From: a virus
Taxonomy: Duplodnaviria; Caudoviricetes
Virus record (IMG/VR): IMGVR_UViG_3300032329_000320
Location: 1-52,692 of that record
Length of the DNA stretch: 52,692 nt
Reading direction: 5' to 3' (one strand)
The position numbers were made by a program, and so were the translations under genes. Positions 47,200 to 52,692 of the stretch are shown one piece after another (within the stretch, counting starts at the first letter, position 1; every line of letters begins with the position of its first letter). Below the pieces are notes generated by a model. It saw only the letters and a list, made by a program, of their open reading frames with translations. It ran no database searches and had not been told where the DNA came from.

Positions 47200-47520
47200 A
47201 ATATATGTGCATATCTGGTTCTATATCCAAGCAAAAGGTTACTAACCTAAACTTGAATCTTCTACCACTCTATATATGTAACTAGTGGCTTCATAGCTCA
47301 ACATCATATCCCTATATCAAAGGGAGTAGTAGTTTTTAAAAAACTTTGCTTGTCGGCAGTTGTCAACCAGGAAGACATTGCTACCACTTTTACTACTACT
47401 TATATCTCCGAATTAGCCAAACGTATTGCGCAAAATCTAATTCGTTAAATGATAAGAACTGTAAACTTTCATTTATCTGTTTTGTTACTTGCAGATTAGG
47501 ATTGAAACTCTGTTAAGACC

Positions 47521-47570
47521 TAAAAGAAAAACCCCACCTCTAGTTGGACAACGGGTGGGGATTCTTTTAA
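47521..47570 (-). terminator. Large-loop terminator-like hairpin in a leader
   Basis: - strand AAAAGAATCCCCACCC...GGTGGGGTTTTTCTTTTA; promoter TACCTTTG at 47638-47645 upstream. Confidence 0.6.
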
Positions 47571-47667
47571 GCTATGTCTATTAACAAGTCACTGAGTAAG
47601 AATCATCTACGAGTGTCCAATCTCTTTGATGAGGATACAAAGGTATATAATTTTTTAATAATTACAA

Positions 47668-47892
47668 TTATTTACTAACATAAATATCCACATCTCTTAA
47701 TAAGTTGTCAAATACATCCTCCCAAAAGTCATATCCTTCAGGACTCATGCCCCAAACAAATGCAGATGCAACGGCTCCTGATGGACTACTAACCTCTGTA
47801 TCTAATCCAGGTTCATATACAATATTAGCCATGGCTTTATCATATAGCTCCGGAGTTAATTTCTCTCTCAAGTGCTGTCTTACTGTCTTCAT
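47668..47892 (-). CDS. Hypothetical protein
   Basis: AFVW..SPEGYDFW motif. Confidence 0.7.
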   Translation of the reverse strand: MKTVRQHLREKLTPELYDKAMANIVYEPGLDTEVSSPSGAVASAFVWGMSPEGYDFWEDVFDNLLRDVDIYVSK

Positions 47893-48097
47893 TTAACTTA
47901 TCATTGAAACTTTTTAATAAATCTAATAACTCTCTAACAGTTTCCTTATCGAACTGCTTATGAATTAATACTTCCATTCCGTATTTAAAATACCTAGCAC
48001 TAAACACTACTATAAATCTAAGCACGTTCAGTAGTATAATAAATAGAACAGCAGGATAGGCTATGAGCCTTAATAAATAGTCTATTACTTTCTGCAT
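47840..48097 (-). CDS. Small membrane protein
   Basis: N-terminal hydrophobic helix. Confidence 0.6.
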   Translation of the reverse strand: MQKVIDYLLRLIAYPAVLFIILLNVLRFIVVFSARYFKYGMEVLIHKQFDKETVRELLDLLKSFNDKLNEDSKTALEREINSGAI

Positions 48098-48188
48098 ATA
48101 TTAATTAAAAATATAACGTAAAATATTATCATAAACCACCCAAAGACAACTAATCTTGGGTATGGTTCTTGTTCATCTCTTTTCATGA

Positions 48189-48338
48189 TTAATAAATATC
48201 TCGTTCATCAAAATGAATATCAAAGTCATCATTCTTTATCTTCTCTATACTCTTATCTACATAATAAGTCATGAATAAGCTGATTACAATGGATACTAAT
48301 ACAGTCGATAATACCCCGATAAAGATTCCTTCTATCAT
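48189..48338 (-). CDS. 49-aa membrane peptide (not in ORF track)
   Basis: MIEGIFIGVLSTVLVSIVISLFMTYYVDKSIEKIKNDDFDIHFDERDIY. Confidence 0.55.
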   Translation of the reverse strand: MIEGIFIGVLSTVLVSIVISLFMTYYVDKSIEKIKNDDFDIHFDERDIY

Positions 48339-48344
48339 ATGTTT

Positions 48345-49080
48345 TTAGTTTGTGCAAGAACAATCATATGCAGGTGACAAGTCTGATAGGTCTTGCTGTT
48401 TGAATAAATCTGATTGCGATATATTAAATAACTCTCTATAAGTAATGTCTTGAAAGTATGTTCTATTCCTTCCTGATTTAGCTGACATCTCTTCATCTCT
48501 TATCCACTCCTTAGCTAACTCAGGATAGTCTCTCATTATGCTTATTAAAACATTTTTACCTTTAAGAAAGCATAGAGTACAGTTACCTAGAATAGGTGGT
48601 ATAGATAAATCATATGGCTTATTCTTCCAATAGTCTATTACCATTTCCTTTGTTGTTCCGTTATCATAAAGAGGGAACATAGGCTTAATGTATTTGACTC
48701 CTGGATTATAGGACCTTACTCTTCTTTCCTCATCAGCCCTAAATCCTACGAGCCACTCATAGTCTTGCTTACCATACATCTTACGTATATACCTCTTTGC
48801 TGTACGTATCTTTAATTCAACAGTACATATCCTTTTTACTCTATTAGGTATCTGCCGGAAGCCTTTCTTTTCTAGCATCTCGGTGAACCCCCCCCCCGTT
48901 ACCATAACTTATTCTAGTAACGGGTATACCTTCGTTCTTCTCGAAGTCGTCTATAAACTTATAAGTTCCTTCGTGTTCTCGTAAGGTATCGGTAAACAGA
49001 ACAATATCACCTTCTCTATAATTCTGTATGGTCATTAGTGCAGATGTTCTACCACCACTAAAATTTATGATTCTTTTCAT
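48345..49080 (-). pseudogene. PAPS-reductase-like (PP-loop) gene frameshifted at a G10 tract
   Basis: 5' ORF has FSGGRTSA and FTDT.REH; 3' ORF has RICTVELK, GFRADE.RR, GNCTLCFLK; removing one G at 48888-48897 joins them (..YGNGGGFTEM..). Confidence 0.85.
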
Positions 49081-49082
49081 AA

Positions 49083-49316
49083 TTACTCTGTCTCTGTTTG
49101 TATGTAATTAATTAAGCTGTCTGCAGCTTTTGGATTATTTAGTTGAAGGTATTCTATTCCATGTGCATATCTAGACATTTGCATCTTAGTTTGGAATAAC
49201 TCACTAGATAAGTCTGCTACTTGCTCTCTAAGAATATCTACTTGAATCCTAGCTAATATAAGAAATACTAGCAGTGTTATCCATAATAATATATTTGTTA
49301 CTCTTTTTACACTCAT
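49083..49316 (-). CDS. Membrane-anchored hypothetical protein
   Basis: N-terminal TM plus coiled coil. Confidence 0.6.
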   Translation of the reverse strand: MSVKRVTNILLWITLLVFLILARIQVDILREQVADLSSELFQTKMQMSRYAHGIEYLQLNNPKAADSLINYIQTETE

Positions 49317-49319
49317 TTG

Positions 49320-49505
49320 CTACTTATTAATGAATTTATATAACTGTTTTAATATCGTTAATGCTACAACGAATGGACCGAATAAAAAGCATACTATATA
49401 AGTTATAACATCGGCTACACCTGACTTGCTATTATTACTTTCATAGAAAGCTCCTGTTAGAAAGCTACTTGCAATAAAATAGAATGCAATTAAAATGTTA
49501 ATCAT
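49320..49505 (-). CDS. Two-TM small protein
   Basis: 61 aa with two hydrophobic segments. Confidence 0.6.
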   Translation of the reverse strand: MINILIAFYFIASSFLTGAFYESNNSKSGVADVITYIVCFLFGPFVVALTILKQLYKFINK

Positions 49506-49966
49506 ATATATATATAGTTATTAGTTTAAAAAAAGTTGGTTGTTCTGGCACAACCATAAGCCCCTCTGCATTCTTTATAGGTATTATAACTTAGAGATAG
49601 TAAGAACCTAATATCAAGAATGCTGTGTCTACCGCAGCCACGAGGATATAGCTCAAGCGTTATGTCCTCCTACTATCCTCATTATTTAAAACAATGACAA
49701 CTGATTGTCACTAATATCTTCTTTATCTTTATACTTAAGGTTCTCTAAAAGAGAATCTAAATTCTCTGATACTATCTATTTCATTATAGTATAGTATACC
49801 TGATTACCTATTTCCTTTTTACCTTGTGATTTCATGGAATAAAACAATCCATTTCCTTTATATATTTTATACTCATTAAAGTCTTGCATGTATTCCATTT
49901 TATCTATTTTTTCTATACTTAATATGGTAATATGCTAACATGCATAGTACGTATATTACTATGACA

Positions 49967-50173
49967 TCAAATACTATTGTCTTGGGTAATTTCATTTTCT
50001 ATATTTTCTTCGTATGACATAATCTTAAAAGACCTTTTGTTTAACATTAATGCGTCATTCATAAACAGTTTAAACTTCTTGTATATGTCGTCGTTATACC
50101 ACAAGTAATGATATAATCTAGCCATTTCCATTTGTCTTTCTAGTGGCGTTAAGTCTTGAAATTTATCTTCCAT
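49967..50173 (-). CDS. Hypothetical protein
   Basis: 68-aa ORF. Confidence 0.6.
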   Translation of the reverse strand: MEDKFQDLTPLERQMEMARLYHYLWYNDDIYKKFKLFMNDALMLNKRSFKIMSYEENIENEITQDNSI

Positions 50174-50474
50174 TCTTTTTATTTTTAAGGTTACTTGATA
50201 TGATAGACACTGATAATATATGTGTCATCTTCTCATTGAATTGAAGTTCAGCTTCTTCTACAGTTATATGTTTCAATAATTCAGAATCCTTACCTGATAA
50301 TATATCTCTCAACTCAATACAATAATCAATCTCGTACTTATCAAAGTAGTGTTCTCTTGCGAACTCGAATACAGGATTAAAGAAGTTGTCCTTCATCCAT
50401 TCCTGATAGACATAATCTGCATCTATCATATCATCTTGGTCACTCAGGTTTATATTTCTATATAACTTACTCAT
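50163..50474 (-). CDS. Hypothetical acidic protein
   Basis: 103-aa ORF; start may be the second ATG. Confidence 0.6.
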   Translation of the reverse strand: MSKLYRNINLSDQDDMIDADYVYQEWMKDNFFNPVFEFAREHYFDKYEIDYCIELRDILSGKDSELLKHITVEEAELQFNEKMTHILSVSIISSNLKNKKNGR

Positions 50475-50514
50475 AAAGGTAAATATTAATTGCTAAATAG
50501 CAATATTTTAAATG

Positions 50515-51141
50515 TTAAAATTTTCCCCACTGTTGAGCAATAGCTTTTGCTATGCCTGGAAATGTCTTACTTCTTAATGTTCTTCTTTCTGCTGCTGTCT
50601 TGGCATTAGCTAGTGCATCTGCATACCATTTAGGATGAGATTTGCCGGACTTAAATATAGTTCGCTCACCTTTTCCTACAACATTTGTAGGCTCTAATTT
50701 TGGTAGGTTTTTGAGCCAAAGACAAGTAGTCTTGGTTGCCTCATCTCCGAACATCCATGGCTGTATAATTTGGTCAGGCTTTCTAATTAGTGTAGAGATT
50801 ACCGATACCGGATTCTCTATGGCTATCCTAGGTATATTAACAGACATCAAATCAGATACAAATTCTATGGCTAAATCTCTATGCATATATCTCTCTCTGT
50901 TAACGGTACCGTCTTTATTATATAACCACCTTGCACCGCTTACTGAAAGGTACGTACATGGAGGATGTGCTATCATCAAATCCCAACCATAGTTCACGTA
51001 TAGGAATACGTCTCCTTGCAAATGCCATTCAGGATGTCCGCCACTACAATCAAGTATGTCGCATGAGTATGCCTCATGACCCAATGCTCTAAATTCTTTT
51101 GTTATTGTTTGGCTCTCTTCACAAGCCACAAGTACTCTCAT
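50515..51141 (-). CDS. Short C5 DNA cytosine methyltransferase-like protein
   Basis: VLVACEES, SCDI, DLMIAHPPC (catalytic PC), IENP, K.TCLWL, RSKTFPGIA. Confidence 0.85.
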   Translation of the reverse strand: MRVLVACEESQTITKEFRALGHEAYSCDILDCSGGHPEWHLQGDVFLYVNYGWDLMIAHPPCTYLSVSGARWLYNKDGTVNRERYMHRDLAIEFVSDLMSVNIPRIAIENPVSVISTLIRKPDQIIQPWMFGDEATKTTCLWLKNLPKLEPTNVVGKGERTIFKSGKSHPKWYADALANAKTAAERRTLRSKTFPGIAKAIAQQWGKF

Positions 51142-51153
51142 GTAGTAATAGTT

Positions 51154-51333
51154 TTATTTCTTAAAAAATTCAGCCTCTACTAAATCAAATTCATGTTTAC
51201 TTTCAGGAATCTCTCCGCAATCTTTTCTTTCTTTATTATGCCTACGAAACCATTCATTAAAGTCTTTCGGAGAATCAACAATAGCCTCTATACTGTTATC
51301 TTCTTTGTAAATAATTGCATACATTGTTTTCAT
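51154..51333 (-). CDS. 59-aa hypothetical protein (not in ORF track)
   Basis: MKTMYAIIYKEDNSIEAIVDSPKDFNEWFRRHN...; fills the gap between neighbours. Confidence 0.65.
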   Translation of the reverse strand: MKTMYAIIYKEDNSIEAIVDSPKDFNEWFRRHNKERKDCGEIPESKHEFDLVEAEFFKK

Positions 51334-51335
51334 AT

Positions 51336-51860
51336 CTATGAATTTTGTTTTAAGATTAGCTGTCTCATGTCAGACTTGAAATTATTTGTACTTACTATAT
51401 CTTCTAGTGATTGAAATATGCCACCATAATACCTGTATTCATACGACGTATCAAGTTTTGCTATATGACTAATGCGACTATCGAAATAAACCTTATCAGA
51501 TTTTTGCCAGCACAATATATCAACATTCTCAGTAGAATCTATATAGTATTTTTTGAATTGCTTTAATGTTGTTATACGAATAGTAGAAGTCCATTTTTTA
51601 TATGCTACCAAATCATATTTAACTAAATCATCATTTATCCTTTTAATATCATTGTCTACGTTATCAAGAAATATTTTTGTGTTTATATTATTCTGTAATT
51701 CAATCTCGCTCCTTCTTATTTTATCTGCATTCAGTTCTTTAATTAGTGGACTTAAATCTATAAGACCACCTTCATATGTCTTGTAATCATCATTAATCTT
51801 GTTGAACTCATTAGTTATTTGAGTTATAATGTCTTGTTGGTTTTGTGTTAAGTTGTTCAT
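51336..51860 (-). CDS. Hypothetical protein
   Basis: 174-aa ORF in a packed operon. Confidence 0.7.
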   Translation of the reverse strand: MNNLTQNQQDIITQITNEFNKINDDYKTYEGGLIDLSPLIKELNADKIRRSEIELQNNINTKIFLDNVDNDIKRINDDLVKYDLVAYKKWTSTIRITTLKQFKKYYIDSTENVDILCWQKSDKVYFDSRISHIAKLDTSYEYRYYGGIFQSLEDIVSTNNFKSDMRQLILKQNS

Positions 51861-51862
51861 AA

Positions 51863-52060
51863 TTAATCCGTTTTAGTGTTTTCAATTATAGAATAATATT
51901 TATCGTATAGGTCATTGAATATATCTTGCGCCTCATCGGTATATTCTAGTATATCTGAATTATCATCTTTGTATATCTTTACAGAGTTTTCCCAATCATC
52001 GTGAAGCCTTTCACTAGCTAACTCACTAGCTAATTCTATTATGTTTATTGTTACGTTCAT
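51863..52060 (-). CDS. Hypothetical acidic protein
   Basis: IIELASELA...YTDEAQDIFN..YD motif. Confidence 0.7.
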   Translation of the reverse strand: MNVTINIIELASELASERLHDDWENSVKIYKDDNSDILEYTDEAQDIFNDLYDKYYSIIENTKTD

Positions 52061-52062
52061 AA

Positions 52063-52278
52063 TTAATCTAATTCTATTGTAATAAATCTAATATAAGTAT
52101 CATAAGGAATCTCTTCTTTATTAAATGCTCTTTGAAAACCTTCTAATGATAATACTGTTCCTTGTTCTTCGCTTAAATTTATCCATTGTTCATCTGTTAA
52201 GTTATTCCAGTCTCCAACTTCAACTCCAGATAAGTCATTTTCTAAAAAGATAAGGTAAACTCTAGTTTCTTTTGTCAT
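52063..52278 (-). CDS. Hypothetical acidic protein
   Basis: EEQGTVLSLEGFQRAFN motif. Confidence 0.7.
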   Translation of the reverse strand: MTKETRVYLIFLENDLSGVEVGDWNNLTDEQWINLSEEQGTVLSLEGFQRAFNKEEIPYDTYIRFITIELD

Positions 52279-52284
52279 TTTATT

Positions 52285-52473
52285 TTAATTTAATTGATTG
52301 TGTTTTTTAATATGTTCTTGAGCTTCTTCTTCGCTTTCGAAACTATCATAGTCAATTCCATGGTCTATAACATTACCATCTTTATCTATTGAGCAATATT
52401 CTACAGCGTACTTTTTTTGATTGTCAATTATATAATCTGCATCTAGGCATCTTGTAGCTTTATACTTTATCAT
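52285..52473 (-). CDS. Hypothetical protein
   Basis: 62 aa; FESEEEAQ motif. Confidence 0.6.
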   Translation of the reverse strand: MIKYKATRCLDADYIIDNQKKYAVEYCSIDKDGNVIDHGIDYDSFESEEEAQEHIKKHNQLN

Positions 52474-52690
52474 ACTTTAATTGTTTTTGATTATTAGTAA
52501 TATGTTTTTGTGCCGTGTACATGTCGCTCTCGTATATGTCATAGCATGACTTACATACTATCGCATCGAAGTCATGTAAGTATTCAGCCTCTCCTACTTT
52601 GGATATATTATTGCAATCTTCACATAAGAACTCATCATCTTTCAGGTAGGCTTTCTTCTTTGTATCAAGTCCTAGCCAACTGTCATATGA
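52460..52690 (-). CDS. 5'-truncated Zn-finger-like ORF at the window edge
   Basis: Open frame from the window end with CEDC...CKSC. Confidence 0.55.
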   Translation of the reverse strand, partial: SYDSWLGLDTKKKAYLKDDEFLCEDCNNISKVGEAEYLHDFDAIVCKSCYDIYESDMYTAQKHITNNQKQLKYDKV

Positions 52691-52692
52691 AT

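Noticed and set aside
47000-47230. 76-aa ORF with a poly-Asn tract
   Set aside because: TTG start; the Asn run is better explained as the alternate frame of MKTIIITIIVWE (47110-47199), though its hydrophobic 3' half could still be coding
49504-49516. (AT)n microsatellite
   Set aside because: Short, in an AT-rich leader, and does not affect a reading frame
38416-51786. + strand ORFs within the early region (e.g. 38416, 40877, 43640, 45382, 50642, 51193)
   Set aside because: Antisense shadows of supported - strand genes
1-52692. Genome-wide stop-codon reassignment as in some crAss-like phages
   Set aside because: Long genes are intact in code 11, and TAG and TGA both end genes at tight junctions (e.g. 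744, 2870, 4835)
1-52692. Integrase, transposase, intron, intein or terminal repeats
   Set aside because: None recognised; the window ends share no obvious repeat and the last ORF is truncated, so lifestyle and completeness cannot be judged

Overview
About 52.7 kb of an AT-rich, gene-dense tailed phage genome, probably podovirus-like with a Bacteroidota host (many TAnnTTTG -7 promoter motifs; A-rich start regions without Shine-Dalgarno). The + strand (1-36.8 kb) carries small Lys-rich proteins, a GroES-like protein, terminase, portal, scaffold, major capsid, ring/tail proteins, three putative ejected proteins, a 2152-aa tail fibre and a GH19 lysis cassette, in a crAss-like gene order but with no RNA or DNA polymerase in the window. 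The - strand (37-52.7 kb) carries a metallophosphoesterase, nucleases, primase-helicase, SSB-like protein, RecE-like/Rad52-like pair, dNMP kinase, DnaA-domain-IV-like protein, PAPS-reductase-like gene and a C5 methyltransferase. Most notable: (i) a Lys-rich gene overprinted in the +1 frame inside the 1902-aa virion protein; (ii) an 18-nt late 3' UTR segment exactly antisense to the SSB-like translation start; (iii) a tRNA-like RNA with a collapsed anticodon arm; (iv) a G10 tract frameshifting the PAPS-reductase-like gene; (v) a portal TGA followed by an in-frame tail. Family assignments are by motif recognition only; no searches were run.
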